64,000 bases of DNA from Chrysemys picta bellii. Its lineage: Eukaryota. How positions within the stretch are numbered: position 1 is the stretch's first letter; each line of letters starts with the position of its first letter. This document shows positions 21,801-34,510 of this stretch, one piece after another. Location of the stretch: positions 12,958,001-13,022,000 of the forward strand of contig NC_088812.1 of the NCBI RefSeq assembly GCF_011386835.1. The letters are read 5' to 3'. The notes under the pieces are model-generated. The model saw nothing but the letters and a program-made list of their open reading frames with translations, was not told where the DNA came from and ran no database searches. The position numbers were made by a program, and so were the translations under genes.

Positions 21801-24800
21801 GGGGCTCCTCCCCTCCTGGGGCTTTGGGCAGCAGCTTCTGGCACTCGGGGATGCTGTACCCGCGGAAGCGGATGCCCTGGAGAGAAGGGAGGAGAAGGGA
21901 ATCAGTCTCCGAGGAGAGGGGGCGGCCTGGGGGGAGGGGGGGACGGCGAAGGCCTTACCTCATCGGGGTCCAGGACAGAGGTCTCGTATATTAACCCCTT
22001 CATGCCTCTCATCCCGCCGTACACCTGGAAGGGACAGAGCCAGGAGGCAGTTAGCGGGGTTCAGAGTTTGCTCGCTGCAGCCAGAGTTGTCTCCCCGCTG
22101 TCGGGGAGCGGAGCGGCCCCTCTCGGCACCAGCGCCGATTTCACCGGCCGCCACAGCTCTGCTCTCCCCTGAACGCGGGACCGGTGCAGGGAGAGATGCT
22201 GCTCCACGGGGATCCCAGTGCTGCTTTGAACCGCCTGGCTGGGTCTCCGGCAGCACCGACGGTTGGCTCTCAACCCCGCAAGCCCAGCGGTGTTACAGCC
22301 CCAGCCACCTCTCTGTGGAGCCGCCAGGCTGCGCCGGATGAACCAGGGCAGGCCTCTGGGCTACCACCGTCCCATTTCCATACCCTGCCTGGGTAACGCC
22401 CCGTCTCACACGGTGCTCGCTAAGGACACAGCGATCGCACCTCGATTTCCTGGCGCAAAGCAACCGCCAGCAGAGTGCCCAGCCCAGAGCAGTGCACTGG
22501 GGCCACTGCTTCCCAAGGGGGCTTCCACACGGCTTAGAAGCAGCTGTTGGCCACGGCCAGGGCGGAGCACCAGATCAGACACCCCAGCGGGCCCATCCAG
22601 GAGAAAGGGAGCCTGCCGAGACGGGCCTGTGGAACTGATCCAGCGTGGCAGGGAGGGGCGGCACTGGGCTAGGCTGGCTGCCTGGCGCAGGGTTTATGGG
22701 TAAAGGCCCCTCTAGGGTGAGGGAAAGAACAAGGTGTCCAGCGCCAGCCCCAACCCAACGGAGACCGCGTGAGCCGGCCCGCGCCGGCCACACTCACCAT
22801 CTCCACAGTGACTTGCCCGATGACCGTGTTGCCATATTGCTGCCTGAAGCTCTTGATTCTCGACTGTTCCTTGGGAACCAAGTTGGCCAGGACGTCTTTC
22901 AGGTTCTGTATGTCGGGGCGGGGAGAAACAAGAGAGCTGGTGAGGGGCAGCACTGCTCCACGGCGGAGCTTAGCATCGCTACCCCCGACACTGCTTGGGA
23001 GGGAGGGTCGCTCGGAGCCCGTTAGGGTCTCTGGTTTGCGTGGCACAGAAATCCCTCCGAAGGAGGCCAGACAGCGATGGGATTTGAATGGCGGCTCTGG
23101 GGTGGTTTCCCTTTGGGGCGAGGCCATGAGCAGCACTGGAGCCGCTGGACTGGAGAAGCCAGGGACATGCACCCCCCCTCCCCCCGAGGCGAGAGGCAGA
23201 GGTCTCTACCTACCGTGGAAGCAGAGCTGGCGTGTCGGGCAGCGAAGAAGATACACGGTGCATTCTGCAAAGAGAGGGGGGGGGGGCCTCTTACACGTTA
23301 GCCTGGCAGTGACATGGAGCACAAGATCTCAGCCTAGGTCAGTGTTACACTAGGCAGGTCAACGTCACCTGGCTGACACCAGCAGGGAAACAATCATACC
23401 CCCCCTCTCCCCCACACCCCAATATTTCCCTCTGCTGCAAGCAGGTGAACCAGACAGCACAGCTTTGACCAGGTCACTGATTGGGAATGTGGAAGCAAAG
23501 CTCCAGTTCGGGGAGTTATTGGAGCCAGAGCAGTTTGTCCAGGAGGTGGGTGCCCCGGACAAAGAAAACATTTCAATTCCGCCGCCTCCTCTCTCTGGGC
23601 CAGGAGGAAACGGGGCATTTCGTTTTGCTTTGTGCAGATCACGCCCCAGGAAAGCCGCTTCCACCTCTCACTCCGGCGGGAGCGTGGCTGATTCGGTCAC
23701 TCTCTCCGATTACGGGCAGGCCCCTACCACACCCCCATTGGGCGGCAGTAGCAGCCGCACGACGCTTGGCAAGAGCGGGATTGTTCCTGTCAGTACAGCT
23801 GAGAGCGCAGCATGAGTCATTCCTGGCTTGGCGTAGGCAGGGCTGGGGGAGGGCACCGTGCAGGTTCAGAGCCAGCCAATCCTGCCGGGTGAGCGGCCTT
23901 GAATACCTGCAGGCTGCATCCCCAGCGTTGGGATCAGGGAGAGAGACCGGCTGGGTCCTTTAGCGCTGGAGTGGAACAGACGAGCCCCCGAGCTCAGGGC
24001 TGCCCATTGCCCGCGTAGGGCCCTGGGTTCAGTAAAATGCAGACATGCTTATGGAGAAAAATAAAAATCTTTCCGGAAGCTGCTGTTTACCCTCGGAGCG
24101 AGTCACTCGGGGACTGAAACGCTGCCATTAAATGGCACAAAGTGGTCCCCAAACACAAGGCTAGTTACATTTGGGAGCTGGCTAATGAGATGCTAGGACA
24201 CTGAGTCACTAGTAACGCCCCCCCCCCCCCCCCTTGTGGGGGTGGTGGCAGTTTTCAGCTATACAGCCATGGGTTTGTGCTGCTGTTATTGGAAGATCAT
24301 GCCTGGGGAAGGAGGGGTCCCGCCCGGGGCAGGCTTTCCAGGAGTGACCTGCCGTTTTGTACCCTCAGCTCCCACTAGAGCACTTGGGATTTGCAGGTAC
24401 AGCCGGCACTTGACAGCCAGTCCATAGAACGTGCTTTGCAATTCTTTGCGGGCATGACGGCGGAGACCCGCTGACAGAAGGTCAATCGGGGCCTTTGTTC
24501 CGCTGGGGAAGGCATCTCTCCTCCCAGAAGAGCCAGGCCGCTTTGACTGACAACCGGGCACTTCCCGCTCATCCGGGAAGCGCTAAGCGGACAGGTTTGC
24601 TGCCTGCTCTCGGGGCTACTGCTGCAGTCGGAGTTCTTGCTGCAAATCCAGAACTTCAGTGCGGCCCCCACACAAGCAAGAGTGTTTCGAGTTGGCCCGG
24701 CAAGGCCAAAATCCTGGCACAAGCGGCTGGGGAACAAAACCCTGGTGATTTGTGCTGTACACAACGGGCTAGTTTGGGATTCTGCTCAGGACGGCTTCTG

Positions 24801-27800
24801 CTGTTCCCTCCTTCAATGGTTTGGAACATCCTGCTCGCCTCAAGCGGCGCAAGGAAAACGGCCAGGAATAGCTAGTCGGGGGATGTGTTTAGCTGCAGGG
24901 AACAGGGGAATGATCCCAGCTATGCAACCGTCTCAACATGCACATCAAACCTTGTGTGCAAAGGGGGTCCAAGGGCTTTAGAAACCGACACGGGAGAACA
25001 TCAGCGGCCACTAAGGTCTAGGCTACAGACCTATATAAGCATAACTCCGTCACTCGGGGGTGTGAAAAATCCACCCCGCCGAGCAATGCCGCCGTACACG
25101 CCTACCCCCTGCCCCGTGTAGCCAGCACTATGTGGCTGGGAGGGCTTCTCCCCTTGCCATAGCTACCGCCTCTTGGGGAGGTGGATTCACTATGCCGCTG
25201 GAGAGCTCTCTCCTGTCGGCGTGCGGCGTCCTACTACGCCGATGCAGCGCTTTAGTGGAGACGTGCCCTAAGAGGGAGCCACTTCTGGGGTGGAAAACAG
25301 GAGCTGGGTCACAGCACACAGGAACGGTCACACGGCGGTTAAAGAAACAAGACGGAAAGCTGGAGCACCTGGGATCCAGGGAGGCAGAAGATACATTCCA
25401 AGGAGGAGCCGAGTCGGATTCATAGATTCCGAGACCAGACGGGACCACGGATCGCGAGCGCCTGCAGCCCAGTGGCCAGAACACTGCCCCACAATAGCTC
25501 CGAGAGCAGAGCTTTCGGACTCAATACTCCTGCTCTGGTGAGGAGCGTCAGGGGATGGCTACTGAGCAGGCCTTATGGCTGGCTTGGGGGGGGGGGGGGG
25601 GGGGGCATTTTCCCGGCCTAACTAGTCTAGCATGTTTTCCCTTGTAGCCAGCCCAGCACTTTCTGCATGTGAAAGAGCCTGCCCTGGGGCAGCGAGCACC
25701 TCTTAGTCACCCACCAAGGTTTGTCCTCTCCAAGGCAAGAGGGTGGGAATCTGCTCTCGGGCCCAAGAGAACCCCAGGGAAGAGAAGCAGCGCTTCGGGG
25801 TGCTTCCAGAAACCCCACGCTGAAGCAGATATTGAGACCATATGGTGGGTCAAGTCACCCTAGGCCAGCGGGTCTCAAAATGTGGGTCACAACTGCATTT
25901 TAATGGGGTCACCAGGGCCAGCGTTAGGTTAGCTGGGGCCTGGAGCTGAAGCCGAAGTGTGAGCCCTGCTGCCGGAGGGCTTCAGCCCGGGGCTCCCCTC
26001 TCCCCCACCGCGCCATGAAGTCGTTTGTGTTGTCCGAAGGGGGTCGCGGTGCACTGAAGTTTGAGCTCTAGGCGGGGGGAGGAACAGCTGGGCTATCCAT
26101 GGAGTGGGAAGTGTCACTCTGTGCCCGTCTCCTCTCCCCACTGCAGACGGGTTAGCCCTGGCCTACACGCTGGCCTTCTACCAAGGTAGGGTTGAACTGA
26201 CAGACGGTATCGCTTATCTCCCCACCGTGCGGATGCGGTTAGACCGAGACGCAAACCTCGGCTTGGACAGATGCAGCTCTTAACTCAGCTCCCCAAAGGA
26301 GGAATCACTTTAGGCCAGTTAGTATCTAGAAACCCAGGAGTCAGTATCCGGCCGCTGTCCGTGCCGACCAGAAGGGTCTGATACCAGACTCCTGCGAGTT
26401 ACCAGGAGGGAGAGCACTGAGATGTGGCAGTATCCCCCCGGGGCCTGTGCCGATCTAGCAGCTGAACAGGAGAACTCAGGCGGAATAACCTAGCCTGGTT
26501 TCCCCCTTGGAACGGGAGCAGCCGGTCCCAGATCAGACGCCCAAGTTCAGGGAGGTTGTTCTGAGCAAACCGAAAAGGCTTTCAAACAAGTGGCGTGGGT
26601 CCCAGAACAGGCCACACAGGTTGTACAGAAGTAGCAGACATCCCTCCCTGGACCCGGAGGCGCTCTTTGGCAAATTCACCCACGAGGGAGCCGGGGTGGT
26701 GGTGGGGGGGTTTATATTTGCAGACAGCGGGTGGACAGAAGCAGCCGTGACCCAGATATTCCCTTCGCTACGAGAAGCAATCGCCAACTTCTCTCCTTGA
26801 CGACGTTCGTAGCAACGCCTTCCTCACGTCTAACCTTACCACGGCCGCCGAGGTGCTCTCTCTCCTTACAGGCGGGGTGACCGAAGCAGAGGTGAAGTGG
26901 CACCGTGGGGAACAGAGCCTGGCTCCTAGCCCGGAGCTCACCCTCTTGTGCAAACAGGTGCTTTTATTTAAAAGATCAAGGCTTTTCTAGCAGAGAGCAG
27001 CCGCACTGGTCTAGCTCAGCCTGAAAGGCGTCCCATTGAAACACACCAAGGGGCTGAACGGACAAGCTGGGGGGGGGGGGGGGGGGGGGTGTCACAAAGC
27101 CAGGAGACCGGACGCGTCTGCAGGCTACGCTAGTCGCCCCTTTGCGCCATGCTGCTCGGGGCCTCTTGGATTCACATCTGGTTCAGGACCAGCGGCGAGA
27201 CGGACACGTGCTGTACTGCAGACGCTAAGGAGTGGATGGTTCCGCTGACAGTCCCAGGGAACTCCAGCGACCTCACACCCAGCCTGTGCTCGCCTTGCAA
27301 AACAGCCCCACAGCCACGAACCCGGCTCAACACGAACCCAAGCAGGGAGAGGGCTGCCAGCCGCCCCCGTCAACACTGGCGGGGCGAGAGGTCCATAGGG
27401 CCTTGCAATCTCCCCTGATGATCAAACGCAAACAACCAGAGAGGGGGGCAGCCGCTGGCTCCCCTCCGTCCAGTGGTTTGTGACCACCGCCACGTGCCAG
27501 TCTGAGCCCTGCCCTCCCTGCCAGCCCAGAACAGGTCCCCGCCGGTGATTCACCCGCCAGGCATGGTGCAAAGTCTTGCAGTGCGGAGTCACCACAGGCC
27601 ACGCCCGTGTCAAGCACAATGTTACCCTGGAGACAACTTCCTCCTTGGGTGTCTCCTCCAGCAAGGAAGGGGGAGGAATTAGTTATCGGGGGAGGGTGAC
27701 CATTGGGCTCCAGGCACCTGGGGGTGGGCGGGAAGAACAGCACATTGGCACAGCTTGTTGCTAGCTCCATCCCATGGCCCCCGGGGGAGGGGGGGTATAT

Positions 27801-30800
27801 CCACCCCCATCACAGCCAGAAAGGGCCTGGTCTGAAGTCACGTCACCAATCAGGGCAGAGCTGGGACTAAAGCCTGGCTCTGACTCACTGCCTCCTACCC
27901 TGGGTCAACTGGTACCACACGTCCCAGCTACTCAGCCATGCTGTAGCCTAGATGGGACAGACCTGTCCCCCCCCACGGGCTGTAACGAGGTTCCCCTACA
28001 CCTAGGGTGACCAGATGTCCCGATTTTATAGGGACAGGCCCGATTTTGGGGTCTTTCTTATATAGGCTCCTATAACCCCCCCACGCCCTGTCCCGATTTC
28101 TCACATTTGCTGTCCCCACACCAGACAGTCGATTCTGTGGAACACACAGGGTCCCTGAGGGACGGCGCTGGCAGAGCTCGCAAGTGACTCCGTTTTTCCA
28201 GTCGGTCCTGCTGGCTGGGAAGATTCGGCAGTTCCAGACACTGCTGCAAAGTCTACGTGAGCTGAGCAGATGGCACAAAGCGACAGACCCACAAACCCCA
28301 GATCGAACTAGGAACGAAACGCCGTCCACCAGAGCAGTTAATAGCCCTGAGCTCTGCTCCATTTTCCTAGTTCTCTTCCCAGCCAGCCGGGCGGCACGAA
28401 GGAAGTCGAGTCACAGACGTCTCTCATTACGGGGGAGCCGGAGTTAGCCGAACAGGAACGCGTTCTGGGCCATCTCCCCCACGCCCAGCATCCCACCCCC
28501 TCGCCCCTCCCAAGGCCTCCACCCAGAGTCTGCCTTATTGCAAAGATTTAACCCTACGGCACGAGGACTGTTTTAAATGAACACCAACTGACCTCCTTTG
28601 TGGGCAGTCGCTGCGGAGACGCCAAGACCTGACTGGACCAGCACGTTCCTCTCTCCTCCCCAGGACGGGCCCAGGGGAGACACACCTGGAGCAAGCGGCA
28701 GTGGCAGGGCTGCGCATTGTACTCCGATCGCCCGCTGCAATCCATCAGCGCCGCAGGGCAGAGCGGCAGCGGTTACCCTCCGAGGGGTTAAGCCGGGCAA
28801 TCCAGGGCAGTGTTAAAACTGGTTTTGCTCAGTCCACCCTGCAAGGTGGCAGGTTCCCAGAGGAAAGGGGAGAGGGGCAAGATGGGAACCCTGTGTCCCA
28901 GCCTCTCCCAGGAAGGGATTTAGTGTCCTCCAATGGTTCAGACAGCTCGAGAGCAGCAGCGTTTCGCTCACTGCTTCGGAGATGAAAGCAACAGGAGCCC
29001 AGCCTGGGGCTGGGACAGACAAAGGGTTAAACTAGCAGGAGAGTCTGTGCGGACAGGGCGCACACAGCTCCCCGCCCCCCTGAGCTGCCAGTCTAGAGAG
29101 AGAAGAAGTGTGGAGGGGAACAACTTGCCCTGGGTCGCACAGCAAGCGAGTGGCAGGGTTGGGAACAGAATTCAGGTTTCCAGACTCCTAGTCTGGGGCC
29201 CTACCCGCTAGTCCAGGCTGCTTCCCCAACATCAGTCACATGCACGGAACAAGAACCATGTTGCAGGTGGATCTCAAGGTCTGATAGTGTCACTGGACGC
29301 GGAGGTGGTACGGGGCAGAAGGCATCAAGGGACAGAGAGGGGTGTGTGAAATGGGACCACTTGCTGCCCACAGAGGAGTCTTTCCAGGCCTGGGGAGTGG
29401 TTCACTAAGAGGATTAAAGTGATCACATCAGCAGGAAACACTCAGGGCTGTTATGGTTACCAGGGAGAATTGGTTTCTGGTTCCAGTTTAAAGGCAATGT
29501 TTAGCACATCAGGGAAAGAGGAATTACAAGTATAACTGAGCTCAGTCCCTTTCCTTGTGAATCCTGACCCAGACAATGGGACAGTTAGAACAGAGCCTGT
29601 TCCCCCAGCAAGGATAGGAGACGGAGATCTCCTAGGACCACAGGAGCGTTCTTTGTGCGCCCACCTCGCACGTAGCCTCGCACGCGTTGCTGGTGTGCAG
29701 GTGGCACTGGGCAAGCCGCATAGTTTAGAGCGAGGGGACTAGGAGCCAGGCCTCCTGGGTTCTATCCCCAGCTCTGCTGGGAATCCCGGGGTCAGATTCC
29801 ATAATGGCAGACAGTGTCCGTTCACAGCTGGAACCCGTGACCCAACAGCTGCAGAGTGCCCTCTGACAGGGCACCTCCTTCCTAATGCAGGGCGCAGGCC
29901 TTCCACCAAGGCCACGGCGCTTTAGGGCCAAGTCTCTTAGCAGAGCCCTGCGACCTCGTTCCTTGTACAGATGTTTAAAGTGTCAGAGGCTGCCCTTGAA
30001 TTTGGGTCCCCGGACTGGTAACTCCGAATTGCTTGTTGGAAACACCGCCCTCCTCTTCCAGAGCCTGACCTTTACCCCAACACTCCCAGTGCAATGCAAG
30101 ATCACAAGGTTAAAAGCTGCCAGGCCTGCCAAGTGGCACGGTAGCGACTGGTGACGGATCCCCACTACTGCAATTCCAGGGGAGGGCTGATTGGTGGGGT
30201 GGTGGCAGCACCAGATTACGGTCAGAAGGCCCACAGGGGAGCTGGACTGTACATGAGTCAGTGGGTAGAGACCTCGCACGCCCCACAGGCTTGCTGGCAA
30301 GGTTCTTCGCTTTCAGAGCTTCAGTTCGATGCCTGCCCAGTCCTCTCATTCATCCCCTCCTACGCTCACTCCCCCACCCCCGGGCATCTCATTCCTCCCC
30401 CCCCCAATGGATTTCCACATTGCCAGGCTGCAGGAGGCCCAGCCATGACAATGCACTCTCCGACCCCAGGAGCTCACAGGCAGAGAGATCGAGCCCAGTT
30501 CCCAGTTGTGCAGCCCCAGGTGCTAAATACTGCCGTTGTCTCACCGCTCGCCAGCTCCTCTGGTGACCTCCACAGACGGACCTGGCACGCCCCGGAGAAC
30601 ATTCCACAGAGAAGGTTAGGGTGATCTATTTGTAGCGCTGAGAGGCCCGTTGGCTCTTACAGACAGATACGGGTGGGAAGGGGGAAAAAGCCAAGGCACT
30701 GAAAGGGGAAGTGACTTGCTCAAGGTCAAACAGCAAGTCAGTGGCAAAGCCAGGGCCCCTGGCTCCCACGCCAGTGACCTATATTCACTGGGCCAAACTG

Positions 30801-33649
30801 CATCTCCCGCGTACCAACCTGCCCCAGAGGTTAATTTCCAGGAATTATGGAACTATTCAAGGACATGCCGAAGTGGGGAAGGAGGGCGGGGGGAGGGTAA
30901 AGCCACAAAGCTGCGTTAGCAAAGCTGACCCAGGAGGTGCCCGGCAGGTGTCTCAGGGCCACAAGTGTTGAGTTGCACAAGAACAGGTGGGGGTTTTTCA
31001 GCAGTTACTCAACCGCAGGCCTGGCTTTTTATCGGCCTCTCCCACATTCAGTTCGGCCTTTAAAAGCCGCCAGCTCCTAATCAGGCCGTACAGGAGTCGT
31101 CCGCACAGAACATGAGCTAATCAGGAATCAGCCCCTGAGCGAGACTGGGCAGAGCAGGGACGCTCCTCTTCTGCTCGGGCCTGAAGTTGTGGGAGACGCA
31201 CGACCGGTAGCTAGCAAATCTCACCTACGTTCCTGCTCTCCTCACCTGCCACGTCTGAGTAGGCCAGGGCAGCCGAAGGAGCCCCGGCTTCTACACTGCA
31301 GCCGCCTCCATCTTTAAGAGAGAGACGACCCAAAACTACGGCTCCCAGCATGCAATGCAGCCAGGCCACTTGGCTCAAGATGGAGCACTGCAGGCCTGGC
31401 TGGGCCTTCCTTCCAGAGGTCATACCTCTGGATTAAAGACAGGCAGTGGCAATGGGTGCCGGTCAGGGACAGGGGAAGAGCCTCCCGGCATGATGTTAAT
31501 GTGGCCCTCAGATGGGCAAAATTTGGGCACCTGTAGCACAGAAACTAGGAACGTACCCCACATCCTAAACGCAGCTGAATTCAACCACCGCTTGCAGTGT
31601 TTTTCCCAGTCACAGCCTCACCCCGATCACGCTTGTTATTCCGTCCTCACGCTCAGCATTCGGGTACAACATTAAACCACCCGACGCAGACGTAACAGAA
31701 TTAGGGGTGAGGACGATGCGAGAAGTGCAGGGACACTCCTGGACATTAACAACGGTTGTATTTCCCCCCCCTCCTTTTGCAACCAACTGAAAACAAAACC
31801 CACGGAGAGACGGGATTAGAAGAATAAAGCTGAAGGGTTTACCCCGGTCACCATAAGCTTAGCTCCCTTGGCTTTTGTTTCAGTCAAAGACCGAAGCACG
31901 TGCTAATTTTAGCTTTCTAGGACTCTGGTCATCTGCTCAGTTTCCTCTGCTCGCTTGCCTTGCTGTACCGACGAAACTTCCGATCCCACCCCCGCAGCAG
32001 CCAGGCCCCGAACAGCGCCCGAGTCCCTGCCTGGCTCTTCTGATCCTCAGCGATTAAACGCGGCGGAGGAGCCAAGGAGAACACCCCGGGAAACGCTGGG
32101 GGCAAGTCAAAAATCATCCGAAAATAGAAGTGCTGCTCGATAAGCTGCCAAAGGGGATTGGGATGAAACTCAACTGGGCGGGAGTCGGAGCCAGACGGGC
32201 TGAATGTCCCTTTGACCCGAGGAAGGGCGCCGGGCGGCTCAAAAGCTGCTCGCGCTCACCCACAGAAGTTGGTTCAATAAAAGATATCGCCTCGGGCCCC
32301 CCTTCGCCCCTCTCCCGTCAGAGAGCCGTGAACAGCCTCCCTCCAGCTACGCCACTGCCAGGTCCAAGGAACCACAGCGCACAACCCGGCCCGGAGAAGA
32401 CGCCGGCGGCTGAGGTTCCGTGACTTCGTGCGGCTCACGGGGAAAGCCGCCGTTACCGAAACCGCGGAGCTAGAAACTAAACTTTGCCAGCCAGGCGAGG
32501 TCGCTCGGGGGCTTGCGGGGGTCGGACCCTGCAGCTGGGGCTGCACAGAACGAAGCAGAACCTCGGCCTAAGGGGTTCAGGCACCCAGCTTCCCCCCCAC
32601 CCACAAACCCTACACCCCGCAGAGCCTCGGCCTAAGGGGTTCAGGCACCCAGCTTCCCCCCCACCCACAAACCCTACACCCCACAGAGCCTCGGCCTAAG
32701 GGGTTCAGGCACCCAGCTTCCCCCCCACCCACAAACCCTACACCCTGCAGAGCCTCGGCCTAAGGGGTTCAGGCACCCAGCTTCCCCCCCCGCCCACGAA
32801 CCCTACACCCCACAGAGCCTCGGCCTAAGGGGTTCAGGCACCCAGCTTCCCCCCCACCCACAAACCCTACACCCTGCAAAGCCTCGGCCTAAGGGGTTCA
32901 GGCACCTAGCTTCCCCCCCACCCACAAACCCTACACCCTGCAGAGCCTCGGCCTAAGGGGTTCAGGCACCCAGCTTCCCCCCCCGCCCACGAACCCTACA
33001 CCCCACAGAGCCCCGGCCTAAGGGGTTCAGGGACCCAGCTTTCCCCCCCCCCCCACAAACACTACACCCTGCAGAGCATCGGCCTAAGGGGTTCAGGCAC
33101 CCAGCTTCCCCCCACCCACAAACCCTACACCCTGCAGAGCCTCAGCCTAAGGGGTTCAGACACCCGGGAAGGGCACCTAAGTGGTCGGGGAGGGAGGCCA
33201 GGCCAGGGCCCGCTCTGGGGGGAAACAGAGGCCCAGAGCTCGGGTGGGAGGCTCCAGGGCCCTTTGCACCCCGGGAAGCGAGAGCCCAGCGCTGCGGGGG
33301 CCCCCAGCCGGCTCCCCGGGGATGGGGGGGGGCAGAGCAGCCCTGCCCCGCGTGGGCCCCCCCGGACACCAGTGGGGAGGAGAGAGTGGCTGCAGCCGGG
33401 GGGGGGGGGGGGGGGTCAGGGAGCACGACTCAGCCCGGCTAACACGACCCCCCCCACGTGGGGTCCCTGGGAACTGGAGGTGCCACCCAGCCCCCCCCCC
33501 GGGGGATAAGCCTGTCCCCGCTGCCGGACCCCCCCCCCGCCCACCACGTGACGCACACCCCCCAGCGCGCGGCCCAGGCCCGGGCCCGGCCTCACCTTGG
33601 CGCCCAGCAGGCGCGCGGCCGCCCGGCGGCCGGCGGTCAGTAAGGTCAT
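18829..33649 (-). CDS. CS: Mitochondrial citrate synthase, 11 coding exons, 470 aa
   Basis: Exons (5' to 3'): 33649-33596, 23264-23214, 22905-22798, 22024-21959, 21876-21745, 21552-21364, 20461-20262, 19860-19731, 19645-19544, 19447-19238, 18999-18829(TAA). Total is 1413 nt with all GT-AG junctions. Catalytic motifs [13 protein letters not shown] and NVDAHSG are intact. Confidence 0.98.
25013..25271. mobile_element. Degenerate Harbinger-like MITE in CS intron 1
   Basis: Right end AGTGGAGACGTGCCCTAA resembles the AGTGTAGAC terminal repeat family. The left end is degenerate. Confidence 0.5.
25866..26065. mobile_element. hAT-type MITE fragment
   Basis: Left end CAGCGGGTCTCAAA and right end remnant AAGTTTGAG, a Charlie-like terminal repeat pattern. 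Confidence 0.55.
28003..28113 (+). mobile_element. hAT-type MITE (AGGGTGACCAG terminal repeat family), right end truncated
   Basis: TAGGGTGACCAGATGTCCCGATTTTATAGGGACAG..., a common turtle element. Confidence 0.7.
32555..33162. repeat. About 64-bp minisatellite (about 9.5 copies) in CS intron 1
   Basis: CCTCGGCCTAAGGGGTTCAGGCACCCAGCTTCCCCCCACCCACAAACCCTACACCC recurs at 32561, 32625, 32689, 32753, 32818, 32882, 32946, 33011, 33077 and 33140. Confidence 0.95.
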
Positions 33650-34020
33650 GGCGAGCGGAGGCGCGGTCCGAGCGCCGCGGGGAGCCGGGTGCTGCAGCCG
33701 CCTCGCTCGGGGGGCCTGGGCCGGCGGCGGGACCAAGGTTGAAGGAGGCGGCCGAGGAGGGAGCGGCGCCCGGGGGTGGGGGGAGGGGTCCTCGCAGCCG
33801 CGACAGCGAAGGGGGCGGAGCACGCTGGCGGCGACGGCCCGCCCGGCGGGGAGGTCATTAACATAGCCCCGCCCCCTCGCGGGCGCGCCGCGCTAGGCGA
33901 TTGGCCGGGGTGGTGAGATGGGCGGGGCCTAGACTGGGGGTACGTAATGGCGGAGGGAGGGGGCCTGGGTATAGGTGGCCTAATCAAATGCCTGAAAACT
34001 CAGTGTAATCCAATGGGATT
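33180..34020 (-). promoter_or_regulatory. CpG island / CS promoter
   Basis: CpG-dense region around the CS ATG (33649), with GC boxes near 33867 and 33921 and an inverted CCAAT (GATTGG) near 33899. Confidence 0.8.
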
Positions 34021-34109
34021 GCCCCCTCCCCTCCCCCACCCGGGCTGAGCGGGAGGGTGGAAGGGGCAACATATATTCAGTTCATCCCAGAATGGGCTGA
34101 ATCATATGG

Positions 34110-34510
34110 TGACGCCTCAGAGCCTCGCTCTGGCACAGCGAATGACAAGGCGTTACCTCGCCGCCTCGCTGTGGCACAGCCAATGACGCGGTGTTGCCTT
34201 GCCGCCTCACTGTGGCACGGCCAATGACACGGCGTCGCCTCACCGCCTCACTGTGGCACGGCCAATGACACGGCGTCGCCTCACCACCTCACTGTGGCAC
34301 AGCCAATGACGCGGTGTCGCCTCGCCGCCTCACTGTGGCACGGCCAATGACACGGCGTCGCCTCACCGCCTCGCTGTGGCGATGACACGGTGTCGCCTCG
34401 CCACCTTGCTGTGGCACAGCCAATGACACGGTGTCGCCTCACCGCCTCGCTGTGGCACGGCCAATGACACGGCAGCCCCTCACAGTGGCACGGCCAATGA
34501 CAAGGCGTCC
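34110..34510. repeat. 41-bp minisatellite with a CCAAT box per unit, upstream of CS
   Basis: Unit is approximately GCCTCGCTGTGGCACAGCCAATGACACGGTGTCGCCTCACC. CCAAT occurs at 34180, 34221, 34262, 34303, 34344, 34420, 34461 and 34494. Confidence 0.95.

Noticed and set aside
30720-30728. TCAAGGTCA ERR-alpha-like site in CS intron 1
   Set aside because: It lies within the standard MIR consensus (TGACTTGCTCAAGGTCA), so its presence alone is uninformative.
32555-34510. Regularly spaced repeats resembling CRISPR arrays
   Set aside because: Units are tandem with no unique spacers, there are no cas genes, and the DNA is vertebrate. The same applies to 45800-47630.
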